In this document: positions 15,732 to 25,852 of the stretch, in pieces
Layout: each line of letters opens with the position of its first letter
Numbering within the stretch: position 1 is the first letter of the stretch
Assembly: GCA_964590215.1 (NCBI GenBank)
Contig: CAZPYZ010000001.1
Coordinates: forward strand, 1-34,269
Direction: 5' to 3'
DNA length: 34,269 nt
Source: an uncultured Dehalococcoidia bacterium
GTDB lineage: Bacteria > Chloroflexota > Dehalococcoidia > SHYD01
The notes under the pieces: model-generated
What the model saw: only the letters and a program-made list of their open reading frames with translations
What the model was told of the DNA's origin: nothing
The model's database searches: none
Translations under genes and position numbers: made by a program

Positions 15732-16465
15732 CAAAACCACCGAAACCGTAGAAGGGCAAAGAGGACCGAGAACCCATCCTGCCACCGCAGGTTCTTCCCC
15801 TCCTCGAAACTCCTCCCGTGGTAATCGATCGGCACCTCGGTGATACGGTACCCAAGGCGTAGGATCTTGGCTGTTATCTCCGGGTCAAAGCCCCAGCGTT
15901 CAGACACCAGGTTGAGGCGCCCAGCTATGCTTGCGGGGAAGACCTTGTAGCATGTCTCCATGTCCGTGAGGCTGGTACCGAAAAGGAGGTTGGTCATCCA
16001 GGTTACGAAGCGGTTCCCGGCGGCGTGAGACCGGGACATGGCCTCGCGGCGCCCCAGGAAGCGAGAGCCGTAGACGACATCTGCTTCTCCTCGCTGGACG
16101 AGGGTCACCAGGGCCGGGTAGTCGGCGGGGTTATACTCCAAATCCGCGTCCTGGATGATAACAACTTCACCTAGGACATGGGTGAGTCCGGTGCGGACCG
16201 CAGCGCCCTTGCCCAAGTTCCTGGGATGGCGGAACACTCGAGTGTCCGGCTGGTTGCTTTCCTCTTGCAAAACTTCCCAGGTACCATCTCCAGAGCAGTC
16301 GTCGATGCACAGGATCTCCTTGTCGATGGGCACCGCGCGGACTCGCCTGAGGATCTCCTGGATATGAGCCCGCTCGTTGTAGACGGGCATCACGACGGAC
16401 AGGTAGGGCGCACTCACCAGACGCGTTTTCTCGCGATGCGTCTCATTTCCCGGCAAGGCCTTCAA
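15728..16465 (-). CDS. family 2 glycosyltransferase, polyprenol-phosphate sugar synthase-like (DPM1/Ppm1/CsbB-type catalytic domain, no C-terminal TM helices)
   Basis: LSVVMPVYNERAHIQEIL...ILCIDDCSGDGT...VIIQDADLEYNP...VYGSRF is the GT-A fold with DxD/ED signatures. The start is uncertain: TTG 16465 overlaps the gpsA 3' end by 23 nt, and GTG 16417 is also possible. Confidence 0.85.
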   Translation of the reverse strand: MKALPGNETHREKTRLVSAPYLSVVMPVYNERAHIQEILRRVRAVPIDKEILCIDDCSGDGTWEVLQEESNQPDTRVFRHPRNLGKGAAVRTGLTHVLGEVVIIQDADLEYNPADYPALVTLVQRGEADVVYGSRFLGRREAMSRSHAAGNRFVTWMTNLLFGTSLTDMETCYKVFPASIAGRLNLVSERWGFDPEITAKILRLGYRITEVPIDYHGRSFEEGKNLRWQDGFSVLFALLRFRWFW

Positions 16466-17459
16466 GCTCGTACTTAGGCTCCCTCGCCATCAACTCGAAC
16501 ACGGCGTTGCGGGGGTCGAGGCCTTCGTGGAGCACCCGGTAGGTCATTTCCGTAATCGGCATCTCGACCGCCATCCGGCGGGCAAGGTCCCGGGCCGCAA
16601 CTGTTGTGGTGATTCCCTCAGCCACGCCGTTGAGCCCCCGCTGCACCTCCTCCAGCGATTTGCCCCGGGCCAGTTCCTCTCCAGCGCGCCGGTTACGGCT
16701 GTGGGGACTGGTGCAGGTCGCCACCAGGTCACCTAGGCCAGCGAGACCGAGGAACGTGAGGGGGTCGGCACCGGCCGCCACGCCCAGCCGGGTAATCTCT
16801 GCCAAGCCGCGCGTCATGAACGCGGCTTTCGAGTTCGCCCCAAACCCCCACCCGTCGTTCATCCCGGCGCCGAGGGCGATGATGTTCTTCAGGGTGCCGC
16901 CTAGCTCGACCCCAACGACATCATGGCTGGAGTAGACCCGTAGTCTCTGTGTTCTCACGAGCTCTCGGGCCTCGTCGGCCACCGCGGGGCTGCCCGAGGC
17001 GATTACCGTCGCCGAAGGCATGCCGTCCGCTATTTCCCGGGAGATGTTTGGACCTGAGAGGGCACAAAGCCGCCCTGCGGCGCTAGGGACCTCCTGCAGC
17101 AGGACCTCAGACATGCGCAGGCAAGTCCCCAGCTCGAGACCCTTGGCTGCGCTGACGATGATAGTGTCTGGACTGATAGCGGGTGCGATCTGCCGAGCGT
17201 TCTGGCGGAGCGTCTGGGAAGGAACGGCAAGGATCGCCAAGCGACAACCGGTTAATGCCTCCTCAGGAACACCCGAGACCGCGAGTGACGAGGGAAACCG
17301 GATGCCTGGGAGGCGCAGGCAATTCTCGCGCTGGGCCTCCAGTTCCAGTGCCTCCTCCCTCGAGCGAGCGAGGAGGAAGACCGCCAACCCCTTTTGCGCG
17401 AGCACCACAGCGAGGGTCGTCCCCCAACTGGTGGTGCCGACCACGGTGACCTTGGGCAA
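16443..17459 (-). CDS. gpsA: NAD(P)H-dependent glycerol-3-phosphate dehydrogenase
   Basis: 338 aa. Contains VTVVGTTSWGTTLAVVLA, GTLKNIIALGAGMNDG and GDLVATCTSPHSRNRRAGE. TTG start. Confidence 0.93.
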   Translation of the reverse strand: MPKVTVVGTTSWGTTLAVVLAQKGLAVFLLARSREEALELEAQRENCLRLPGIRFPSSLAVSGVPEEALTGCRLAILAVPSQTLRQNARQIAPAISPDTIIVSAAKGLELGTCLRMSEVLLQEVPSAAGRLCALSGPNISREIADGMPSATVIASGSPAVADEARELVRTQRLRVYSSHDVVGVELGGTLKNIIALGAGMNDGWGFGANSKAAFMTRGLAEITRLGVAAGADPLTFLGLAGLGDLVATCTSPHSRNRRAGEELARGKSLEEVQRGLNGVAEGITTTVAARDLARRMAVEMPITEMTYRVLHEGLDPRNAVFELMAREPKYELEGLAGK

Positions 17460-17507
17460 AACTGGCGTCGCCTGCGCTGTCCTGCGGCTCTTGACTGGGC
17501 CTTGAGA

Positions 17508-18170
17508 TTATCCGGCCCCGGGCGGCAGAGGAACACGGCTGAGCCTCCGAGACGGGGGCCGCCGGGGCGGGTCCGGATCCCCGATTCTCCGTTCCGTCCC
17601 TCGCTGCAAGCGAAGGATGTTGTCTCGGTGCCGCAGGATAACGATGAGCCCGCCGGGGACCGCATACAGCAGGAGCTCCGGTCGGCCCATCCCAAAGGCC
17701 ACTGCCAATGCCATCAAGGGGAGGGCGACCGCGGCACCTACCACCGAGCCAAGGGACACATATCTCGAAAGGAAGATGACAGAGACCGTAATCAGCGTCA
17801 CTACAGCAGCCACCAACGGCGCCATAGCAAACAACGCAGCTACGCCAGTGACCACGCCACGCCCGCCAGAGAAACCGAGGAAGATGGCCCAAGTATGCCC
17901 GGCCAGCGCGGCCAGTCCCGCTAACACCTGGGCCAAAGGCGTGCCGATGAGATAAGTGGCGAGAAGGACGGGGAGGTAGCCCTTAAGAAAATCTCCAACA
18001 AAGACGACGACGAAGGCCACTGGGCCGAGGACACGCAGAGCGTTAGCGGCGCCCGGGTTGCCGCTGCCGTGCTTGCGGATGTCGATCCCCCGGGCGAGCT
18101 TCGCGACGAGTGAGGCAGTGGGAATACTTCCCATGAGATAGCTTGTCAGGGCAATAGCCACATATTCCAT
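17508..18170 (-). CDS. plsY: glycerol-3-phosphate acyltransferase PlsY
   Basis: Contains YLMGSIPTASLVAKL..IDIRKHGSGNPGAANALRVLG and a polytopic profile. It has a Pro/Arg-rich C-terminal extension of about 25 aa. Confidence 0.92.
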   Translation of the reverse strand: MEYVAIALTSYLMGSIPTASLVAKLARGIDIRKHGSGNPGAANALRVLGPVAFVVVFVGDFLKGYLPVLLATYLIGTPLAQVLAGLAALAGHTWAIFLGFSGGRGVVTGVAALFAMAPLVAAVVTLITVSVIFLSRYVSLGSVVGAAVALPLMALAVAFGMGRPELLLYAVPGGLIVILRHRDNILRLQRGTERRIGDPDPPRRPPSRRLSRVPLPPGAG

Positions 18171-18175
18171 GGCCC

Positions 18176-19534
18176 TTACTCCTCGCCACGCGCCTTGAAA
18201 ACTAGTCGCAGCGCCGTGCCCTCAAACCCGAACGCCTCCCGGAGGCGGTTCTCCAGAAACCGTTGATAGCTAAAATGAAGCAACCTTGGGTCATTAACGA
18301 AGAAAACAAACGTTGGGGGCGATACTCCCGCCTGCGTCGCGTAGAATACCTTCAGTTGCCGCCCATGGGTTACGCCGGGTGGATGGGCTTCCACCGCTCG
18401 CCGCACTACCTGGTTCACCGTACCGGTGGGTATCCGCAACTCCCGGGCCTCCTGCACCGCCAGCACCGCGTGTAGCAGGCTATCGACTCCCTGCCCAAGT
18501 TTAGCGGACACGAAGCAAACAGGCACGTGGGGGAAGAACTTGAAACGGGAGCGGACCTGGGCCATCACCTCCCCTCGTTTGAGCTCCGAGGCGCTGGCTA
18601 GGTCCCACTTATTGATGACGATGACTAGGCCCTTGTATGCCTCCTGGACGTAGCCAGCCACGTGGGCATCCTGCGCCGTGGGACCTTCAGCCGCGTCCAG
18701 TACGAGGGCGGCGACATCCGCCCGGCTGATCGCCCGCAACGCGCGCATCACGCTGTATTTCTCCACGCCCACTGCAACCCGACCGGAACGCCGGATGCCC
18801 GCGGTGTCTATCATGGTCATGGCAGTGCCGTGAAAGGCGAAGGGAGTGTCCACTGCGTCCCGCGTCGTCCCCGGCGTTGGGCTCACGAGCACCCGGTCAC
18901 GCCCCAGGACCGCGTTTACCAGCGTCGATTTGCCCACATTGGGACGGCCAATAACGGCCACGGCGGTACCCGCGGCGGCAACGGGGCCGGGGCTAACCGA
19001 GGGGAGCACTTCGGCGGCTGCGGCGCGGAGGTCATCGAGGCCGGTTGCGTGATGAGCACTGACCGGAATCGGGTCGCCGAGGCCAAGGGCATAAAACTCG
19101 GCTGCGTCCAGTTCTCGACTACGATTGTCGGCCTTGTTCGCGACGAGAAGGACAGGCTGTTGAGCCTGACGCAACACCTGGGCCACGTCCTCGTCAGCAG
19201 GAGTAACCCCGGCGCTGGCGTCCACCAGGAAGAAGATCAGGTCGGCCTCCTCGAGAGCCATCCGAGCCTGTTCTTGGACGCCGGCTTCCACCCCACCAGC
19301 TTGTCCTCCCGCCGGGACGCGCTCTCTTGAACCCGAGCCGGGATCGAGCCCCCCGGTATCCACAAGGGTTACCAATGACCCATCCCAATCGAGGTCGCCG
19401 TAGATCCGGTCCCGAGTGGTGCCGGGCCGGTCCTCGACAATTGCCTCCCGGCGTCCCAAGAGGCGGTTGAAGAGGGTCGACTTGCCGACGTTGGGCCGGC
19501 CCACCAAAGCGACCATGGGCCGGGGACTGCTCAT
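18176..19534 (-). CDS. der: ribosome biogenesis GTPase Der (EngA), tandem GTPase domains + KH-like domain
   Basis: Two G1 motifs (GRPNVGKSTLFN, GRPNVGKSTLVN) with DTGG/DTAG and NKAD/NKWD motifs. The start ATG overlaps the cdaR stop (ATGA at 19531-19534). Confidence 0.95.
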   Translation of the reverse strand: MSSPRPMVALVGRPNVGKSTLFNRLLGRREAIVEDRPGTTRDRIYGDLDWDGSLVTLVDTGGLDPGSGSRERVPAGGQAGGVEAGVQEQARMALEEADLIFFLVDASAGVTPADEDVAQVLRQAQQPVLLVANKADNRSRELDAAEFYALGLGDPIPVSAHHATGLDDLRAAAAEVLPSVSPGPVAAAGTAVAVIGRPNVGKSTLVNAVLGRDRVLVSPTPGTTRDAVDTPFAFHGTAMTMIDTAGIRRSGRVAVGVEKYSVMRALRAISRADVAALVLDAAEGPTAQDAHVAGYVQEAYKGLVIVINKWDLASASELKRGEVMAQVRSRFKFFPHVPVCFVSAKLGQGVDSLLHAVLAVQEARELRIPTGTVNQVVRRAVEAHPPGVTHGRQLKVFYATQAGVSPPTFVFFVNDPRLLHFSYQRFLENRLREAFGFEGTALRLVFKARGEE

Positions 19535-20793
19535 CGGTCCGGCTCTGTTGATACCCGCACGGAGGAGGGTATCACCCGGGATAGCTGGAGGCCAGGCGGC
19601 AGCTCCACCTGAGGCTCAATCTCGTAGCTTCCCATTCCTCTCCCCTCCAGATTCAGGTACACCTGTACTCGGTTGGCGCCAAAGTCTCGCAGGGCCGGGC
19701 CTTCTCCAGACACCGCCACCTCGACCGATGGCGCATCGCTGCGGGCGATGAGCCCGGGTGCCAGTCCCCGAATCTGGGGAGCAACCAGCACGGCCGCATT
19801 CCCCCTGACCGGCTGAACGGTGATCTCGACCTGGACGGAGTTGCGGTCTACCACCGTGATCCCGGAGGGCACACTGAGCGTCGCCGTCCGGGTGGTAGCG
19901 CTCGCGAGATTGGTCACATCGACTGGCGCGGTCTTCAAGCTCCCCAGGTGCTGCACAACGTCCTGGGGACCGAGAATAGCTACCGTTGGTGGTGTGACCC
20001 GCACCTGGCTGACCCAGAACCCGGCGACGGGCGTGCCCGTTAACTCGAGGACGACCGGCAGGGTCATATAGACCGACTGTCGACTAATGCGCAGATCGAT
20101 ATTCACGGTTGCTGGCTCGATGCGCACGCCGGATACGTCGTAGCCTCTGGCGCTCCTCGCTTCCAACGGGAAAGACTGCACCACGTTGGCCCGAATGCTG
20201 CTGAGGTTCACATCGGCGACGGCGGCGTCTACGGTGGTCACCAATTGCTGCGGCCCCAGCACCGTCACCTGTGAGACTTCCGGTCGCGGTGGCTCGAACC
20301 CAAATCCAAGAGGCGGCCCTTGCTGGACGTTGACTTGGACCGGCACCGTCCGCCGTATCAACTTGTCCAACTGCGTCTCGACCAGGGGCGGGATCACCTC
20401 CAAAACCCGAACACGACCGTCTCTGGCCCGGACCGACACGGGTTCCCGTACGGGACCTTCGGGAGAGCCGGTCAGGTCGACCGTCGCCTCGAAACTGGCC
20501 TCGGTGAACCCCATCCAAAGGTCTGAGGGAGCCGTGACCCGCACCACCACCGGCTCAATAGCTCCGAGGACATCCAAGTCCGAGGGAACGTTGACCGGCC
20601 GCACCGGGATATTGAAGGGCACGATGCTGGTTCGGGGAGGGTTCTGCTCATTACTGACGAAGACCCAGATGGAGATCGACAGGGCGAGGGCGAGGGCGCC
20701 CATACCTTTGTTGTGGCGTAAAGAACCGACGAACGCGTCCGCGAGGAGTCCCACGGAGTGGGCAGCAGCCCGCAGGTCGCGAAGCCTGGGCAT
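19531..20793 (-). CDS. cdaR: YbbR domain-containing protein (CdaR, diadenylate cyclase regulator)
   Basis: 420 aa. It has an N-terminal TM segment (LALALSISIWVFV) followed by repeated beta-rich YbbR-like modules. It lies immediately downstream of cdaA, in the canonical position. Confidence 0.8.
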   Translation of the reverse strand: MPRLRDLRAAAHSVGLLADAFVGSLRHNKGMGALALALSISIWVFVSNEQNPPRTSIVPFNIPVRPVNVPSDLDVLGAIEPVVVRVTAPSDLWMGFTEASFEATVDLTGSPEGPVREPVSVRARDGRVRVLEVIPPLVETQLDKLIRRTVPVQVNVQQGPPLGFGFEPPRPEVSQVTVLGPQQLVTTVDAAVADVNLSSIRANVVQSFPLEARSARGYDVSGVRIEPATVNIDLRISRQSVYMTLPVVLELTGTPVAGFWVSQVRVTPPTVAILGPQDVVQHLGSLKTAPVDVTNLASATTRTATLSVPSGITVVDRNSVQVEITVQPVRGNAAVLVAPQIRGLAPGLIARSDAPSVEVAVSGEGPALRDFGANRVQVYLNLEGRGMGSYEIEPQVELPPGLQLSRVIPSSVRVSTEPDR

Positions 20794-20796
20794 GAG

Positions 20797-21657
20797 CTAG
20801 CTCCCGTTGACCTGTCGGGAAGGGAGTCCCGTCCGCTCGAACTTGGCCCCATCATGCCCCGGCCGAGTGCCATTGTGGGAGACGAGGTATCCCAGCAGCA
20901 CCTCGCGTAACCGGTCGCTGTCCCCCAGGGTGGCCAACTGGCCATTGGCGGCGATAGTGACGGTGGCCCGCTCTTCTGACACCGCCACTGCAATAGCATC
21001 CGTCCGCTCCGAGATGCCCAAGGCTGCCCGGTGGCGCATCCCTAACCCTAGGTGCTCCCCTACGTTGTCCGAGAGCGGTAGCACACATCGGGTGGCAATG
21101 ATCCGGCCGTGGCGGATGACGGCGGCGCCATCGTGAAAGGGGGAACCCGTGTGGAAGAGACCAATCAGGAGCTCCGCCGACAGCAAGGCGTCGACTTTGA
21201 CGCCTTGATCGATGTAATCCTGCAGCCCTGTCTCCCGTTCCAGAACCACCAATGCGCCGATGTGCCGTTGAGCGAGGATGCGCCCAGCCCGAGCCACGGC
21301 TTCGACAGTTTCCACTGCCTCCTGGCCGACGGCGCCGGACCGCCACGGGCTCAGCCCCCGGCCCATGTGCTCCAATACTCGTCGTAGCTCCGGCTGGAAC
21401 AGAATGGGGAGGGCAATCAAAAGAGCGGGGAGCGAATTTCGAAGCAGCCAACCGACGACCGAGAGTTCAAATGCCGCGCTGGCCACAAAGCCGACCACGT
21501 AAACGGCGACCAGGGCCCTCAGCAGAGTGATGGCAGTGGTCCCACGCAAGAGGACCAGCAGCCAATAGAGCAGAAACGCGACGACCAGGATGTCAATGAG
21601 GCTTCGCAGGTCGAAGCGCCCGAAGGTGTTAACAATGGTTGCCGTCAGTTCCTGCAT
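20797..21657 (-). CDS. cdaA: diadenylate cyclase CdaA (DisA_N/DAC domain, three N-terminal TM helices)
   Basis: GALVVLERETGLQDYIDQG...FHDGAAVIRHGRIIATRCVLPLS...LGMRHRAALGISERTDAIAVAVSEE carries the DGA and RHR signatures of DAC domains. Confidence 0.93.
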   Translation of the reverse strand: MQELTATIVNTFGRFDLRSLIDILVVAFLLYWLLVLLRGTTAITLLRALVAVYVVGFVASAAFELSVVGWLLRNSLPALLIALPILFQPELRRVLEHMGRGLSPWRSGAVGQEAVETVEAVARAGRILAQRHIGALVVLERETGLQDYIDQGVKVDALLSAELLIGLFHTGSPFHDGAAVIRHGRIIATRCVLPLSDNVGEHLGLGMRHRAALGISERTDAIAVAVSEERATVTIAANGQLATLGDSDRLREVLLGYLVSHNGTRPGHDGAKFERTGLPSRQVNGS

Positions 21658-21751
21658 CGAGTTCCCGTCATCCTAACCGCGAGGCCTGCGGGACAGGGGT
21701 TGCGTCGGATCCTCACTCCGGTACGCGAATCTGGAGAAAGGAAGACATCCG

Positions 21752-22663
21752 TTAAGTCAAGAGCCCGGTCAGAACTGCCTTGTGCACGTGCAGGCGATTC
21801 TCGGCCTGGTCGAAGACGGCAGAGCGAGTCTGATAAAGCAGCCCTTCAGCCACCTCTTCACCATGGTGAGCTGGGAGGGGGTGCAGCAGGATAGCGTCCG
21901 GATTGGCCAAGCTGAACAGCTCTTCGGTAACTTGATATTGCGCGAAGGCCTGGCGGCGTATCTCGTGCTCCGCCTCCTGCCCCATGCTCGTCCAAACGTC
22001 GGTGTAGATCGCATCCGCCCCTAGCGCCGCTTCTCGCGGGTCAGCTGTCGTTAGTATGTACGCTTTGGAGGCCGCCGCGTACTCGCGAGCCCGTGCCAGG
22101 ACCCCAGGCTCGAATTCGTAACCGGGCGGCGACGCGATGCGGAAGTTGACGCCTAGCATCACTGCAGCGTACAGGAGGCTCGTTGCGCAGTTGTTTGCGT
22201 CGCCAATATGGGTAACCGTCGCGCCGGTAAGGGCGCCCCGCCGTTCCAGTAGTGTCATCACGTCGGCCAAGGCTTGACAGGGGTGCTCGTAATCCGAGAG
22301 GGCGTTGATGACGGGGAGCCCCGAGTAAGAGGCCAGTTCTTCGATGTCGGCATGGCTATACGTCCGAGCGGCGATCACGTCCACGTAACGGCCGATCACT
22401 TGCGCCATGTCCCGCACGGACTCTCGCTTCCCGGGCGCCACGTCGGTGGGTGACAGATAGATGCAATGGCCCCCCAACTGAAGCATGGCAACCTCAAAGG
22501 CGAGGCGCGTACGCAAAGACGGCTTTTCGAACAGCAGGGCAAGGGTGCGGGCCGGCAGCTCGAGCATCTCCCTCCCCTCCTTCAGGGAGATTGCGTGAGA
22601 GAGCAATCCTCGCAACTCGCCTGGAGTAACATCTGTAACGCTCAAGAAGTGTTTGATGGCCAA
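21752..22663 (-). CDS. argF: ornithine carbamoyltransferase
   Basis: 303 aa. Contains FEKPSLRTR, HPCQALAD, DVWTSMGQE and FDQAENRLH. The usual HCLP motif reads HPLP (aa 261-264). Confidence 0.88.
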   Translation of the reverse strand: MAIKHFLSVTDVTPGELRGLLSHAISLKEGREMLELPARTLALLFEKPSLRTRLAFEVAMLQLGGHCIYLSPTDVAPGKRESVRDMAQVIGRYVDVIAARTYSHADIEELASYSGLPVINALSDYEHPCQALADVMTLLERRGALTGATVTHIGDANNCATSLLYAAVMLGVNFRIASPPGYEFEPGVLARAREYAAASKAYILTTADPREAALGADAIYTDVWTSMGQEAEHEIRRQAFAQYQVTEELFSLANPDAILLHPLPAHHGEEVAEGLLYQTRSAVFDQAENRLHVHKAVLTGLLT

Positions 22664-22714
22664 CTCAGGTGGTTCCCTTCTCGGGCAATGTGTTCGACCG
22701 GTGGCCCTGGGCGA

Positions 22715-23413
22715 CTACGCGCCTTGTGCTCCCCAATAGTCGGGTGCCCGGAGCCCTGCTCCACCGATAACTACCACAAACTCCCCACGCGGTTGCGCAA
22801 AGTAGGCGAGCGCGCTCGCTGCATCGCCCCGATAGATCTCCTCATGGATTTTCGTCAGCTCCCGGCAGAGGGCGAGGGGCCGCTCCGGCAGCACCAGCTT
22901 CAGGTCTTCCAACGTCTTCCTCAATCGGTGGGGCGACTCAAAGGCGACTGCCGTCCGCCCGTCCTCCGCCATAGCGCCAAAGAGTCTGCGACGCTCACCG
23001 GGCCGCCTCGGCAGAAACCCTAGGTAGACGAACTGGTGGGTAGGCAGACCCGAAACCGCCAGGGCCGTTAGGACTGCTGAGGGACCCGGTATAGCGGTCA
23101 CGGGGTACCCGCCTTGTAGGACCGTGCGAACAAGCCGGTAGCCCGGATCGCTGATCCCGGGCATACCCGCTTCCGACACCAGGGCAACATCGTGGCCCTG
23201 AAGAATGTTGAGCAGCTCTCGGGTCCGCCCTTCGCCGCTAAACTGGTGGAAGCTGACTAACCGCGCACGGACGCCGTGTTTGGTCAGGAGTTTACGGGTG
23301 GTCCTTGTGTCCTCCGCCGCAACCACCTCCACCTCGCCCAGCACCCGCAGCGCTCGAAGGGTCACATCTTCCAGGTTGCCGATAGGGGTCGCGACGAGGT
23401 AAAGCGTCCCCAC
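22715..23413 (-). CDS. rsmI: 16S rRNA (cytidine1402-2'-O)-methyltransferase RsmI
   Basis: GTLYLVATPIGNLEDVTLRALRVLGEVEVVAAEDTR is the typical RsmI N-terminus. GTG start at 23413, with no SD upstream. Confidence 0.9.
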   Translation of the reverse strand: MGTLYLVATPIGNLEDVTLRALRVLGEVEVVAAEDTRTTRKLLTKHGVRARLVSFHQFSGEGRTRELLNILQGHDVALVSEAGMPGISDPGYRLVRTVLQGGYPVTAIPGPSAVLTALAVSGLPTHQFVYLGFLPRRPGERRRLFGAMAEDGRTAVAFESPHRLRKTLEDLKLVLPERPLALCRELTKIHEEIYRGDAASALAYFAQPRGEFVVVIGGAGLRAPDYWGAQGA

Positions 23414-23419
23414 GGCGCA

Positions 23420-23448
23420 AGCTTAGCTCAGGGCTCGGTGGCTGTCAA
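23420..23448 (-). promoter_or_regulatory. candidate sigma70-type promoter for rsmI (TTGACA-17 nt-TAAGCT), placed for a leaderless transcript
   Basis: On the minus strand, TTGACA is at 23448-23443, the spacer is 17 nt and TAAGCT is at 23425-23420. The GTG start codon begins 6 nt after the -10 hexamer. Confidence 0.4.
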
Positions 23449-23459
23449 AGCTGGGGCCG

Positions 23460-23468
23460 TGATAAACT
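23460..23468 (+). promoter_or_regulatory. candidate extended -10 element (TGaTAAACT) for rpsB
   Basis: TG at 23460-23461, one nt, then TAAACT at 23463-23468. This is about 90 nt upstream of the rpsB start. No clear -35. Confidence 0.3.
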
Positions 23469-23555
23469 GTCGTGGCTGGGAATCGGGGTCTGCCCCCTTA
23501 GTCCGCCTGAAACCTGTCTCCGGCAGGCAGGCTGAACTGCAGTTGGAGGTTGGTA

Positions 23556-24395
23556 GTGTCGGCACAGGTTTCCATGAAGTCCCTGTTAGAAGCGGGCGTT
23601 CACTTTGGCCACCAGACACGGCGGTGGAACCCGAAGATGAAGCGCTACATTTTTACTGAGCGCAACGGGATCCACATCATCGATCTGCAACAGACTGTTA
23701 TCAAACTCCAAGAGGCGTACACCTTCGTCCGAGACCTCGTGGCCAACGGCGGCAGCGTCCTGTTCGTTGGCACCAAGAAGCAGGCCCAGGAGTCCGTCGA
23801 GAGTGAAGCGAGGCGCTGCGGTATGTACTATGTCAATCAGCGTTGGCTCGGCGGCACCCTCACAAACTTCTCCACCATCCAGTCTCGCATTGATTATCTC
23901 GTCCGTTTGGAGGACAGGAAGGCCAAGGGGGAATTGGACCGGCTCCCGAAGAAGGAGAGTATGAAGCTGGAGGAGGAGATCCAGCGGCTGAACCGGCAGT
24001 TGGGCGGCATCAAAGAGATGACGCGTATCCCCTCCACGCTCTTCATCGTCGACTCCCCCAAAGAGCGGATCGCCGTTCTTGAGGCCCTCCGCCTGGGAAT
24101 CCCTATCGTCGGCATCGCCGACACCAATAGCGACCCAGAGGAGATGGACTACCCCATCCCGGGGAACGACGACGCAATTCGAGCGGTTAAGCTCCTCTGC
24201 AACAAGATTGCCGACGCGGCCTTGGAGGGCCTGGCTGGTCGCGAGTATTACGACGAGGAAGAAGGGCTTGAGGCTGGCGCCTCCCACATCTTCGAGCCCA
24301 CAGACGAGGACGAACGGGACCCAGCTCCAGTAACGTTCGAGTCGCCACGTGAAGAGACGTTCGGGGTTGCCGCACGGTCCGAGACCACACCGTAG
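23556..24395 (+). CDS. rpsB: 30S ribosomal protein S2
   Basis: [24 protein letters not shown]... I preferred GTG 23556 because GGAGG at 23545-23549 directly abuts the track start TTG 23550. It has an acidic C-terminal tail. Confidence 0.95.
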   Translation: MSAQVSMKSLLEAGVHFGHQTRRWNPKMKRYIFTERNGIHIIDLQQTVIKLQEAYTFVRDLVANGGSVLFVGTKKQAQESVESEARRCGMYYVNQRWLGGTLTNFSTIQSRIDYLVRLEDRKAKGELDRLPKKESMKLEEEIQRLNRQLGGIKEMTRIPSTLFIVDSPKERIAVLEALRLGIPIVGIADTNSDPEEMDYPIPGNDDAIRAVKLLCNKIADAALEGLAGREYYDEEEGLEAGASHIFEPTDEDERDPAPVTFESPREETFGVAARSETTP

Positions 24396-24488
24396 CGGCG
24401 AAGAAGAGAGCCCCATCAGGGGCCGAGCCAAATCGACCCCAAGCCTTTACGTCTCTCGCTGAAGGAAACGGTGGGAAAAGGAGCACGA

Positions 24489-25801
<1,313 letters not shown>

Positions 25802-25852
25802 CGCGCCACGAGACATGGTCATGAGATTGCCCTAAAGGCGCCGCGGGCCTCC

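Noticed and set aside
22626-22639. GTAAC-atct-GTAAC near the argF 5' end as a third member of the phased-repeat motif
   Set aside because: The period is 9 bp, not 11. There are only two copies, and they lie inside the argF coding sequence, so this is probably chance.
23424-23433. tRNA-like D-loop string TAGCTCAGGG in the rsmI-rpsB spacer
   Set aside because: There is no matching acceptor stem, anticodon arm or GGTTCGAATCC-type T-loop nearby, and the 136-bp spacer cannot fold into a cloverleaf by inspection.
24396-24488. Short GCCCC-atca-GGGGC hairpin after rpsB as a terminator
   Set aside because: The stem is only 5 bp and no T-tract follows. rpsB-tsf are normally co-transcribed. At most it is a weak pause site.
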